Assembly: GCA_020536535.1 (NCBI GenBank)
Contig: JAHLWZ010000921.1
Location: forward strand, 1 to 47,526
Length of the DNA stretch: 47,526 nucleotides
Source: Pelomyxa schiedti
Taxonomy: Eukaryota; Protista; Evosea
Direction of reading: 5' to 3'
Positions 24,937 through 36,909 of the stretch are shown one piece after another. The number at the start of each line of letters is the position of its first letter. Position 1 is the stretch's first letter. Below the pieces are notes generated by a model, which saw only the letters and a list, made by a program, of their open reading frames with translations, was not told where the DNA came from and ran no database searches. The translations under genes were made by a program, and so were the position numbers.

Positions 24937-27241
24937 TCAAGATGAGGTGGACTTGGCAGAAGGGGTTGGGGGGCAGCACACCAGCAGGAGCTTGGTGCAC
25001 TGTGAGATACCACGTATAAACTTGCCCCACTCCCCCAGCTTTTTATCTGCATGTTTAAGCCAGTCAGGATCAATGCTGTATGAGCATTAGTTATTATTAA
25101 AATCTACATATTGGGAAACCTGATGGAGAGCATGTCAAAGAAGAGAGATGTGTGTTGGGCAAATTGTGCACTGACCAGAACATCACAGACTTTCTCCACA
25201 AGGTCCACAAAGATGTCCTTGAATAAAGAGAGGTCGGCAATATCCACACCAATTTTCATGATTGCCTGTTTTTTTGGGGTTATGTGGAACTTCAAGAGGA
25301 GGTTGAGAGTGCCTTAATCATGGATGCAGCTGAATTATCAAGTAACTTTGGCACACCCATCTCAGAAGGTAGGTGGAGCAAGATATTTTTGAGAACGGCT
25401 CTTCTCAATTGCTCTATTTCCCGCCTCAGCTGGGATTTCATATCACGGATATCCTGGTATGGAGAATGAGACATTGCAGAATGGCAACATTTAAACACTT
25501 TAAATGATACAGTCAAATTCAGGTTGTCTCCCTCAGTCCAGTTGTTTATGAGGGCAGTTGCAAGGAGCTCAATAGTAGGATAAGTCAAGGAGTGCAACCT
25601 ACAATATTTTAAAAAGTTAATTGATCTGTCTCAGTCACCTTCGGTGTGCCAAGTTGGGCTGATAAAGAGCAAGAAAGATAAGACACTTGTATTTCCTGAG
25701 AAGGACAGTGAGTAAAGGATTTTGGAGGGATGGGCCAGTACATTGCCAGTCCAGGAGATAAAAGATATGTGCTACTTATATGTGTTAATACAGTAGGTTT
25801 GTCAGTCTTCTCTTTTTCAGGTGGTGGCAGAGATTTATAGACTCTCCGCATATTTTCGAACTGTTGGTGGGATTAGTTCCATAGAAACTCTGGCAAAGGG
25901 GTAACTTGTCTAATTATGGAACCCAGGCAAAGTCCTTTTTCCTGGGCTATGTCAGTTAAATCTCGCCGGATTCGATTGGTAAGACGTTTCCCACAAACAA
26001 CCCGGGCAAATTCAGGGTCAAAGGAATAGTATCTATTGGAATTAATTGGGAAAAAATGTTCAGGAAGATTCTTACAGGTCTGTCAACTGATTCACAGAAG
26101 GGATTTGCAGAAGGAGATTGGACAAACCTAATGGTTTTTGCAAATGTTGTTCAAGCATCCTTAAAAGAGATTTAGTAATAGTGATTTATAAGATAACATA
26201 CGTGAAAAGTCGGATTTGGTGCTGTACAAAAGACTTTTTTACATGGGGATAGGTTGCCGGTGGCCAAACAGCATTTGCAAAAGCAGCGGCAGCTGCAATT
26301 CCAAGATTACTTGATTCTTGTTCCAAAGTAACAAGTGAGGAAGATGTAGTTGTAGTAGCAGTGGTGGTGCTAGTTGTAGAGCTCACAGTGGGAGGGAGTG
26401 CCAGTGGTTGCAACCCAGAATTGAAAGAAGTGGATGTCGTGATAGGAGGGCCAGGAGAAGGCGGAACAGTCAATCCCGTCGGAGTAGGAGATGGCGGTGT
26501 CTGTGCCACAAACACACCACTAGTACTATTCCCAGAAATAGGAATCGGTGAAGACAAAGATGGCAGTGTTGTGGGTGTGCTTCCCATAACGGCGGAATTG
26601 ACCGGCGTGATAGGCCGCTGGTCCCTCTCCCTCTCCCTCTCCCTCTCCCTCTCTCGATCTCGATCTCGGTCTCGGTCTCGGTCTCTGTCACGGTCCCCAG
26701 TGTCACTGATTTGCCCGCTCTCAGCACCCAAATCGCCGCTGCTGTTGCCGATGTCGCTTTTGGTCCTGAGCTTGGGCGGGCCTAGGGCCGCAGTAGCCCC
26801 CAGCAGGTCCGGCGAGGACGCGCCCGGGGTGGTCTGCGAGAGCGCCGTGGCTGTGGAGAGCAGAGTGGGAAGCGTGGGGACCGAGGCCGGGGCTGACAGG
26901 AGCTCCGCTAGCTCGTGGCCTACGGGGAGGGGGTGGCTCGGTGGTTACTAGTAACGAAGGAACGGTACGGTGTGGGAGTAAGGGGAACTACATGAGCGAG
27001 AGGGGTTCTTTAGCCACAGTAAGAACAACTGCTCGTGGACGTGGACGGGGTCCCCCACCCAGACGTCGAGCACCACCTTTTCGACTTTCTCTTTAGCCGT
27101 TTTTTGATTGATTGCCTCAGGAATTGTTAACCACTGACCCGAGGACAGTAAATCCGCTCGTTTGTGATAGGCGGTAGAGGCACACTCCTCCTCTGAGTCC
27201 ACCAGCGGCACCAAGTTCCTGATTCTCCTAAGCATCTTCAT
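24937..27241 (-). CDS. FIBP: FIBP-like protein (acidic FGF intracellular binding protein family) with large low-complexity insertion, multi-exon
   Basis: VLDVWVGDPVHVHEQLFLLWL, YYSFDPEFARVVCGKRLTNRIRRDLTDIA...SIIRQ|FENMRRVYK, LINNWT and WGKFIRGI follow the FIBP motif order (LDIFVGN...LWLDG; YYAFD...GKKL...RRQFDNFKRV; IQNWT). Confidence 0.8.
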
Positions 27242-27259
27242 CAGGACAACGAACAAACT

Positions 27260-30076
27260 ATGAGAGGTGTGGAGGACACACCCAGAGATGCATCCCCAGC
27301 CGCAACAGACGCAACCTCAACCCCATCCACCACAAGCACCGAGACCAGCCGCTGCTCGGCCACCGGCAACGAGCTCACGGTTGCAGAACTACTAGCCACC
27401 ACCACACCGCCGCCGCCAGACAACAGCACCAAAGGCAGGGCCAACACCCAACCACCCGAGTTAGGTGCCGTGCCATTGGGGGCCCCTTCGTCATCATCAG
27501 CCTCGGCAACCGAAACAACAATACCACCACCAACAACAACAACAACAGGGACTGCAGCACCGAGAAGTGTAGGGGACGCAACGTCGTCGGGAGGGAGAGG
27601 GAACAGCGACGGCGGCGAGTGTATAACTAGTAGTGGTAGTGGTAGTAGCAGTAATGGTAGCGGGGGGGCGCAGCACGACGGGGCTCATGGGAAGCGGAGC
27701 AGCTCCGCAGGGGCGCGCAGAGACTCGTGGTCGCAGTCACTGCACCCGCATCGCCCGGTGAGCGCCAGGATAAGTTTCAGTGCCAGGTACTGGTTGCGTT
27801 TCAATTGTGGGTTGTTGTTGCTGCTGTTTTTGTTTTGGGGGGATTGTGTGTTATTTTGGGACTCCAATCTCATTTTCCAAGTCGGTTTAAGTCTCTCCAA
27901 GAGGAGGAGTTACGCTCTGGCTCACCATCTTCTATTCCTAGTGATCCTTCCTCAAAGGAAACTTCAACCTCCATGATAACACCAACAAAGCCTAAACCTG
28001 CAATACCTACAACCCCAAAACCTGCAGTACCTACAACCACTAAACCCGCAGTGCCTACAACTCCTAAACCCGCAATACCTACAACTCCTAAACCCGCATT
28101 ACCTACAACACCACCCCCCACTACAACAACGACACCAACAGCTAGTCCAACTCTGGACATCCCTCTATGGTCCATGAAAGTGAAATCAATTCAGCAAGTG
28201 AAGTTGTCGTTTGTTGAAAAAATTACGGTATGTGTAATTTTCGTGTTGCTATCTTCTTAAATGCCAACAGAGTAGCTTGGTAAAGAAGAACACTGGCGTG
28301 AGTGCACCCTACAATATTCATCACCTTGTTCACGTTGACTTCAGTGCACACAATGGATTTACAGGTCTCCCTCCACATTGGGAAAAAGCTCTTTCATTCA
28401 ACAATGTATTTTCACTCCTCCAGTTCCCTTTCTCACGTATTACACAGATTTCTAGAAAGGAGGCTATGGCTCATCCAGATCAGATTCTAAAATGTCTCGA
28501 GTTTGCACAAAACAACAATGTACCAGGTATGTCCTGCTGTAGCGGTTCTTAATAACTAGCTTCATATAGGTGTAGCAAATATTGGTGGACCTACAAAAGT
28601 ATCCCTTGAGAGGCAACCAGACGGCAACATCGCAGTTGTACACAAACCGAGTATGCCGCTATCGAGCCCCTCACCCCCAATTAGAGAAGGAACCAATAAT
28701 TCAATGGCTCCCTCTGTTGGAGGTGCTCAAGAGCCCAGTAGATCAACCAAGGAAAGTGAATGTAGTGGTGTAATGGACATGCTGGCTACAGCAGCGGCCT
28801 CGCCAGGTGGCATGAAAGCTGCAGAACCTGAACCTCCCGAGACACAGTTAGCTGATCTATGTTCGAAGCAGAACCAAGATGAGATACTGGAAGAGCAACA
28901 AAAGATTGGGTCTGGAGCTTCTGGGGATATATACCTTGCTCTGCATAAAGTACTTCTATCCTTTTCTTTCCTTTTTAACAGAAAGCCAGCCTACCAATCA
29001 AGAAGTGGCTGTGAAGCACATGAAGGTCACAAGGCAAAACAAAAGAACAGTCATCAATGAAATTGTGATCATGAAAACGAGCAATCACCCAAATATTATA
29101 CATTTCGTGGATTGCTTCTTGCAGCGTGACCGCTTATCCCTTGTGATGGAGTGCGCATCTCTGGTCTTACTCTTTCCTATTAATTTATGCGCAAGGTACA
29201 TGAATGGTGGTTGCTTAACAGATATTTTGAATGAATTTGAATCTGTCAAGTTAACCGAGAAGCAAATTGCCTATGTAGATAGAGAACTGCCACTGGTCCA
29301 TCTAACTTAAACAAGGTGATCTTGAGTGCTCTAAAAGCTCTAGCTTATGTTCATTCAATGTCAAGGATTCATAGGTTGCAAACTGTATTACATAAAACAA
29401 TGTCTCTTATCTCACAAAGAGATGTAAAGAGTGATAACCTGTTACTGACAGCTGATGGGGGAATACGTCTCAGTGATTTTGGGTTTTCAGTCGAAACTAC
29501 AAGAACCAGAACAACAATTGTAGGAACTCCGTACGTAACGTGATGGTTACACATAAATAGAACTAACCAACCAAAAGGTACTGGATGGCCCCAGAGGTTT
29601 AATTCCACTTTTCCTATCTTTCTAAAAACCAAAATCAACATAATAACAACAACAAAAAATGCAAACAGGTCATACGCGGACAAGAGTATGCCTTCAAAGT
29701 TGACTGCTGGTCCTTGGGTGTGATGATGCTGGAAATGGCGCAAGGGGAGCCACCTTACATGGAGCACACACCCCTCAAAGCTCTGTTCCTCATCACCACT
29801 CAAGGCATGCCTCCCCTTGCTGTCCCTGAGGGCCGCCCTGACTGGAGCTCCCGCATGCGGGATTTCCTCAGCCGGTGCCTGGAACCCAACGCCGAGCTCC
29901 GCGCCGACAGCGCCACTCTCCTCACCCACCCGTGGCTCACCTCCACCTCCACACCTACTTCCTCAGAATCACACTCAGCGTCAGCTTCATCATCCTCTGA
30001 TTCCTACTGCACCTGCACCCCCGAGGAATTCGCTGCGGTCATTGCGGCGGCGCGTAAGTCGAGCCAATCCTGGTAG
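27260..30076 (+). CDS. PAK: PAK/STE20-family Ser/Thr kinase with CRIB (PBD) domain, multi-exon
   Basis: CRIB VSAPYNIHHLVHVDF...FTGLPPHWEKAL; kinase motifs GSGASG, VAVK, HR|DVKSDN, DFGF, GTP|YWMAPE, DCWSLG and GEPPY. Confidence 0.92.
27983..28112 (+). repeat. Coding tandem repeat, 21-nt unit encoding KPA(I/V/L)PTT(P/T), about 5 copies
   Basis: taaacc(t/c)gca-(a/g/t)t(a/g)cctacaac units in PAK exon 2. Confidence 0.85.
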
Positions 30077-30179
30077 CTGAGCATTGTGTGTTGTACAGTT
30101 ATCCCCCACTCCTAGCTACCGAGAAAATGTTTCCGTGATCCACTGTGTAATAATAAAGAGAGGGGCGCACCAACAGCAC

Positions 30180-32376
30180 ATGGGAGCCGCCGTCGGTGTT
30201 GTTTCATCGGCCAGATCTTCGGCGGTTGTGGCGCCCAGCCCGGCCACGACCTCCAACACCTCATCCCCTGCGCTCACGCCTCACCGCCACAGCACTGCCC
30301 CACTAGTCCACACCCGCCCTGCCACACCAACCAAAGCAGCCACGACGCCGCGGCAGGGCTCCGCCTCCAAGCTCACCACCGCATCCTCCCCCTCCTCCTC
30401 TTCGCCACGTGGGCCCACTCACAGCACCAGAGCCAGCACACCTTCGACAGCGAGAAAAGCAACCCCCACCACAACGTCACCGTCCCAGACAGGACCCCGT
30501 TCTAGCCCCGGAGCCGACACAACAGCAACACCTACAGCTGCTACCACCACCACCACGATGAGCACGACGACGAGCAGCAGTGGTGCGGGAGGCAAGGGCA
30601 CCTCGAGCGGGGGCAGTAATGTGGTTGCTCGCTCTGGTTCGTCGTTGTCTCGCAGTGTGTCGGATACACAGAGGCGGCACGGCGGGGGGCCTAGTACTGC
30701 ATCCGTTGGTGGTGGCGGCGGCGGCAGTGGGGCTAGTGTGGGGAAGCCCAGGTCACAGTCCACGGGGTTGAGTCAGACCAGCGCGTCTCCTCGCGCATCT
30801 GGAGTCAATTACCCCGGGTTGCCTGCTGCCAATACCGCGGCTTCACCTGTTGCAACCAACGTGCCTGTGTCACAGGGTATTTCGTCCGGCACGCCCTCCG
30901 CCCAATCACAAACGCAGAGCTGTGCTGCAGTTGCTACCCCACGTGCGATTCTGCCGCCATCGCGTACTAGTGATTCCTCTAGGTCTTCTCTAATTACATC
31001 GAGTCCAAGACCGGCTGCTCTCTCACAAAAGTGTGTGGGAAGCGGGCCAATCACTTTTTTGCCTAACCCTGCAACAGCTTTATTCGTCTTTTTATTGTCA
31101 CCTGGAATATGCATGGACAGGTCCCACTTCATTCACAACTTTTCTTCTTTAACATTTTAAAGCTTCCCTCCTTAATGGAAGTCCAACAACTCGTGTCACA
31201 TGCCAACCTCTCTTCTAATTTTCATATCGTTGCTATTGGGACTCAGGAGTGCGAGCGCAGTATTGGGGCCTCTCTAGTGTTCCCATCCAAAGCAAATTGG
31301 GAGAACTTGCTCAACAAGGCACTGGGTGATCAGTATGCAACAATGGCACTTTTTAACAGAGATTAATCCACTGGCAGATACAGTTTTGTTGGGAGCTCCA
31401 CTCTCGGTCCTATGCATCTTGCACTTTTTTTAGCGAAGACCATTAAATCCTTTGTGGGTGAAGTATATGCTGTAGAGGTGATGTAAATATAGTAATCACC
31501 AAGATCTGATTGTCACCAGGTTCCCACCGGACTTGGCAATGTTGTTGGAAACAAAGGTGCAACGGCAATATCACTGAATGTAGGGGCCACCAGCTTGCTC
31601 TTTATCAACGCACATTTGTCAGGTTAGTCATCATTTTCACATTTCCATTTAATTTGTTGTAGCGCACCCAGACATGGTCCAACAACGAAATGATGACCAT
31701 AATAGAATAAACAGTGAACTACTGGAAGCATTTTCTGAGGTTAGACCGCCAGCAGGTTGATTCTTTACTGCATGCTCATTCTTATTGGTTGCAGAATCCC
31801 TCACCCAACAATTTGATTGCATATTTTGGTTTGGTGACCTAAATTACCGAATAAATGGATCCAAGAATGCTATTGAACATCTTATTGGGGATGATCAATA
31901 CACTGATGTTCGACTTTTCCGCACTCCTCTCTTATAATAATTTGGAGCAGGTTCTTGTTGCTAATGATCAACTGACTATCGAGAGAAGAAAGAAAACCAT
32001 TTTTACCGATTTTCTGGAAGGACCTCTCACATTTGCCCCTACATACAAGGTTGTACTTTTTTTTTATCACAATACGATTGCCGATAACAACTTGCAGTAC
32101 GACGAAAACAGTGATATCTATGACACATCAAAAAAAGCTCGAGTGCCTTCTTGGACAGATAGGATTTTGTTTTGCTCAAAACAACCTCTCATCGAGTTAC
32201 ATGAGTACAATTGTCTTCAGCACATACAGGTATTTTTTAAAAGAAAAGGATGTTTTAACATGCACCAGTTCTCTGATCATAGACCTGTGTATGGGACTTT
32301 CAGTGTTAAATTCACCACCTCTACCAGTCTTCCCGACTTTGTTGATATTGATAGCAAAACCTGTACAATATTGTAA
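30180..32376 (+). CDS. Inositol polyphosphate 5-phosphatase, INPP5E-like, with C-terminal CaaX (CTIL)
   Basis: AIGTQEC, GNKGA, FINAHLS, WFGDLNYRI, FAPTYK|YD, PSWTDRIL and SDHRPV; the protein ends in CTIL. Confidence 0.88.
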
Positions 32377-32586
32377 AGTACTACAAAGCACAAGGCGTAG
32401 GTAACATATGGGCACTAGTCTTTCTTCTTACTTCCCTAAGGCCAAGGTGCAACATACAAAGCCATACAGGGTTCAAGAATGTTTTTACATGTAAACAAAG
32501 AAAGAAAACAAAATTTTGTTTCTCATTTTCTTTTTAATATGTGGATCGTTTACACTACTTTGTGGATTCTGCAGATGTACCAGCGT

Positions 32587-33216
32587 TTAGTGGCCACCAA
32601 ACTTCTTCCTTTGCACCTCAGCCTGGGAAGCAGTCAGGAAAAAGGACAGAACAAGAAGCCCTTCGTCGTACCTTGACCAATTCTTCCAATGAGTTAACTT
32701 CGTCGTGGAGTGCGTCAATAGCACCAAGGAGAACCCTGTGCGGGGTCGTCTCTGGTATAGTTTGCACCTTGAGCAAGATCCTATACTCCAGAGGGTGTGG
32801 CACTTTGTATCCCGCAAACAAAACCTGAGGGTCCTGCACCAATTGCCTAATGTTTGACAGTAACAACACATTAGAGGGAAAAGAGAATGAAGGTGGCAGA
32901 AACACACTCACATTCTCAGTAGGTTGCCCAGAGTATGGTCCTCTTTGTGAATTGTGAATGTGCCCGCGTCGGTAATCTTGGATTCCCTTTCGTAGTACAC
33001 CCTGTGGAGCCACACACATATTGGTTGCAGATTAAACAACGTTGTTGTCCGTCGCAACCACTAACACCCCCTCCTCACAAGTCGTTCTCATTCGCGCGAA
33101 TGTTGGCGAACGAGTGGGTGTTGTGGGTGGGTGGGTTTTCAGTCTGACTGGGGCGTGGCATACTTCTGCGAGCCGGGCGGCAACACGAACATGTCATACT
33201 TGTCTGGCGTGTTCAT
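32587..33216 (-). CDS. RPB11: RNA polymerase II subunit RPB11
   Basis: MNTPDKYDMFVLP, KEDHTLGNL and DPQVLFAGYKVPHPLE; three GT-AG introns. Confidence 0.92.
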
Positions 33217-33379
33217 TTCCTGTCACAACTTGTTCGAATTCTGATGCGGGAGACCGAGCTGAAGGACTGCCCTGGATCCAGGGAGGAAAAGCGTGGAGCA
33301 AGGAGGGTATTGTATTAGTATGAACAGCCCGGCCTTGGGAAGTCTGTCCAAGAGATTCTAATCAACAATTTTGTTTGTG

Positions 33380-34861
33380 ATGGGGCAGGGGGAGTCGCAA
33401 GAGGAGGCAGACCCAACGACCGGAACGGAGGGCGGAGGTGGCGTTACCCACGAGAAGTTGCCCGACAAGGCAAGTGCGAACTATGACAAAGTCGGATTTC
33501 ACGTATTGCATGTGCGGACGAGTTGTTTATTTCTCCTTTTTTTTTTTTTTTTGTATTTGGTTTTGAGCTCTACAATAGGTGTATGAGAGTTCTCCTGGAG
33601 AAATGGCTGGATTGAAGCCCGTCTTTGATTACATAATAGCTGCCAATAACAATTTATTGGTTAGTATGCACGGATTATGTAAAAATAACCCAGTTACACA
33701 TAACATAGATTTATGACAGCAACCAATTAACTGAAGTTCTCTCTGCCAACATTGGTCAAGTAGTTGTGTTGCTTGTCTATAATTTGTTGCATGATGCTGT
33801 AAGAGGTATTCTGAAATATCTCTTCAAAAATTTAGAATGACATCTTTAGAGGTTAGAATTGTTCCATCACGCGAGTGGGGAGGGCCTGGTGTTGCTGGTA
33901 TTACAGTGCGAGTTGCCAATTTTTCAAAGGCCCACGAGCTTGTTTGGCATGTCATTGTGTGCTTTTTTACTGGAAAAATACAGTATCCTTATGTGCTTTG
34001 ACAGGGTACTTTCCCACACTCTCCGGCTGCTGAGGCAGGACTGGAGGGACCTTATGATTATATAGTGGGATCCCCAGATGCAGTGTTTAATGATAGTGAG
34101 GATTTCTTTGCTTTCATCCTTGCCAATCAAGGAAAATCTGTGCAGTTCTACGTGTATAACGCCCTTAAGGACAGCGTTCGGACAGTATTTCATCCTCTTT
34201 TACTATAAATGTTTACATAAATTAGGTATCGATCACGCCACGCAAATGGGGTGGCAGTGGAATGTATGTGCTTCTATTACTTCTTGACCACTAACATGCC
34301 TAGCCTCGGTTGCGATATTGGAGTTGGGTTATTGCATCAATTACCCACACCCAATAAACCAAAGCAAACTGCCCCCGAAGAGCAAGAGTTTCAATTACCC
34401 CATTCGCCAGTATCTCTGCAACAACAACGTTTGTTCAAGCTTTTTTTTTATTTAACTCTAATGGCATTACAGTGGATGCTCTGGACTTGTATCAACCTGA
34501 AGATGCGCCAGCAGCAACCCCAACACCCTCGCCACTTTCCATGGATTCCCCTACACCCGCTGTCACACTTCCTCCACCAATTCTTCCACTTCCGCCAGTC
34601 ACTTCGTTTTCCACTCAACCATCACCACTGCAACGTTTGCCTTTGCCACCACCAATTTTATCCAACATCCCAAACCATGAAACAACACCAGAAGAAAGCA
34701 GTAGTGACACGTCTGCAGAAAATTCTCAATCTGAACCGGAACTAACTGAACTCCCACACCTCCCAATCCCAGCACAAGAAGAAAAGCCCCCAGAACAACC
34801 ACAAGACCCTGAGCAGCTGGCCCACTTAGAGACACTGAAGGAGAGTGGCCTACTTGAGTAA
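33380..34861 (+). CDS. GORASP: Golgi reassembly stacking protein (GRASP55/65 family): tandem PDZ-like domains and Pro/Ser-rich tail
   Basis: MGQGES myristoylation motif, GFHVLH, SPGEMAGL..FDYII, WGGPGVAGITVR, VWHVI..PHSPAAEAGL..DYIVG and LGCDIGVGLLHQLP. Confidence 0.9.
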
Positions 34862-34886
34862 AAGGAAAAGAAAAGCAAATGTGCTG

Positions 34887-35660
34887 TTAAGGATTCTTAG
34901 TACCAAAGATAATGATATCTTTCTCTTCCTCAATGCGATCTGTTACATGTATGAGTGAGTTTATTATGGCCTCAATTCTAGGTGCTTTGGATGACGCTTT
35001 CAAGAATGTAAGACAAAAACGGCCTTTGCAGACTCTGACCATCTCACTCAGCCCCTAACTAGTATTAACTTTATAGGGTATAATGCAGTGATGAACCTTG
35101 TCTAAGTCATCAAAGTTCTGTATTGCGGTGAGGGATACTACAACATCAAATTCATTCTCCGCAAAGTGGTCACCGATGTCCTCCGCTCTGGAAAGAATGA
35201 CTCTCATACTCTGATGTAAAGTCACGGCAAACGACAAGGGAAAAATGAATTCTACCGGAGCATTCTTGGCCGCAAATTTCAGTAATTCGGCGCTGGGGTC
35301 TATTCCAGTAGCAACGCATGGCCAGGCGCAGAAACACGGACCGCAACCGACATCAAGAAGCCTACAAGCAAATAATTATGATGTACGTACATATTCAGTA
35401 TAACGTACATATTCAGTATAACGTACATATTCAGTATAATGTGACAACAAGTACAAAAATACACACTTGTCAGTAGGGGACACTGCACCAAAGGGGTGTT
35501 GCGTGATAACAGCGATTTTCTTGAGCTGTTCTTCCTTATGTAGGCGCTCATACCTATGGCACACCAGTCCGTTAGCCCCAACACGACACATCGTTTCCCG
35601 CTCCCACTGTGGTGTGTAGTTTCACACGTGCCCTCGTGCGATGCTGTCGTAGTATGTCAT
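34887..35660 (-). CDS. Small class I SAM-dependent methyltransferase, four introns
   Basis: MTYYDSIARG|YERLHKEEQLKK, motif I LLDVGCG, motif II GIDPSAELL, AEDI...FDVVVSLTAIQNFDD, EMVRV and EEEKDIIF. Confidence 0.85.
35385..35438. repeat. Perfect 18-bp x3 intronic minisatellite (acgtacatattcagtata)
   Basis: Three exact copies inside intron 2 of the methyltransferase gene. Confidence 0.95.
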
Positions 35661-35784
35661 GGTCGACTCTGAGGAGGGAATTTTCGCTGACGAAAAGGAG
35701 ATAACAGAAACTAATAAAACTGCGTACCAGTGGTGGAGGAGCACGGCACAAGTGTGTGTGTTAAGTAAGTAAGACAGAGACAAA

Positions 35785-36838
35785 ATGGCGATGTTTGGAA
35801 GGGAGATGGGAGGGAGTCGGCCGGGGTCGGCGGGTGTTGCTAGTCAACAGCAGGAGAACATTGATAGGAGGGAGAGGCTGAGGCAGTTGGCTCTGGAAAA
35901 AATTGATTTGGACAAGGACCCTTACTTCATGAAAAATCACTTGGTTTGTTGTTTGTTCCTTTTGCTTGCTCTCTTTTTTTTTTTTTTTTTTTTCTGTTTT
36001 GTGTCTTTCATTGGTTGGTCTCATTGAAACCAGGGATCCTATGAATGCAAATTGTGCTTAACTTTGCATCAAAACGAAGGTAGCTACCTTGCCCACACTC
36101 AAGGAAAGAGGCATCAACAGAACTTGGCTAGAAGAGGTTCAACTATTTAATGTTGCTCTAATTTATTCACAAATGTACAGCCGCAAAGGAGGCAAAAGAG
36201 AGAGGAGAGGTGTTACCTTTGCCTGGAGTACCCATTCCTTCCCTTGCTAGCCGAAAACCCATCCCTCGAAAAATCGTGAAAATTGGGAGACCAGGATACA
36301 GAGTGTGTAGGAATTAGTTACTATTTGAGAGTGATTCCTTTCTAGGTCACAAAACAGAAAGATCCCCTCTCTCAACAGAAAAGTCTTCTGTTTGAGATAG
36401 AATACCCTGAAATCCAGCAAGGGACAAAACCAAGGCACCGCTTTATGTCGGCTTTTGAGCAACATGTAGAGACCCCTGATAAGAAATACCAGTATCTACT
36501 CTTTGCGGCTGATCCTTATGATACCATAGCCTTCAAAATACCTAACAAAGTACGTACTTTCTTTCCCCTCTGCACTTTTCCAATGTACTCTTTAGGAAGT
36601 GGAGAGAGATCCTTCCACACTTGGTGGACCACCTGTTGCTGTCGACCCCAGACAAGCTTCCAAATACCTGTTATCCCACTGGGACAAGGACCGCAAAATT
36701 TACACAGTAAGGCTTTTTTTGTGTGTACTAGCCTTAACTTCTTTCCAGTTGCAAGTGCACTTCAGGCTTGACAGTATGATGCCTCCACCCACATCGATGC
36801 CCCCACCAGCGCTCAACGCCGTAAGAAAAATGAATTAA
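35785..36838 (+). CDS. SF3A2: Splicing factor 3A subunit 2 (SF3a66/Prp11)
   Basis: DRRERLRQLALEKIDLDKDPYFMKNHL|GSYECKLCLTLHQNEGSYLAHTQGKRHQQNL (matrin-type zinc finger), KIGRPGY and PRHRFMSAFEQ...YQYLLFAADPYDTIAFKIPN. Confidence 0.95.
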
Positions 36839-36909
36839 AACAATTCTTCATTTGTTCATTCCACTTTGGAAATAATTAGTTACTGTATACTCTGAAATTT
36901 ACACCTTTG

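Noticed and set aside
33220-33375. Possible tRNA or ncRNA (GTTCGAATT) between RPB11 and GRASP
   Set aside because: No cloverleaf or box motifs could be built; more likely a bidirectional promoter.
33975-34005. GTATCCTT U12-type donor-like sequence (also at ~38673)
   Set aside because: Lies inside an ordinary intron or on the non-coding strand, not at an exon boundary.
35385-35438. CRISPR-like repeat
   Set aside because: Direct tandem copies with no spacers, in a eukaryotic intron.
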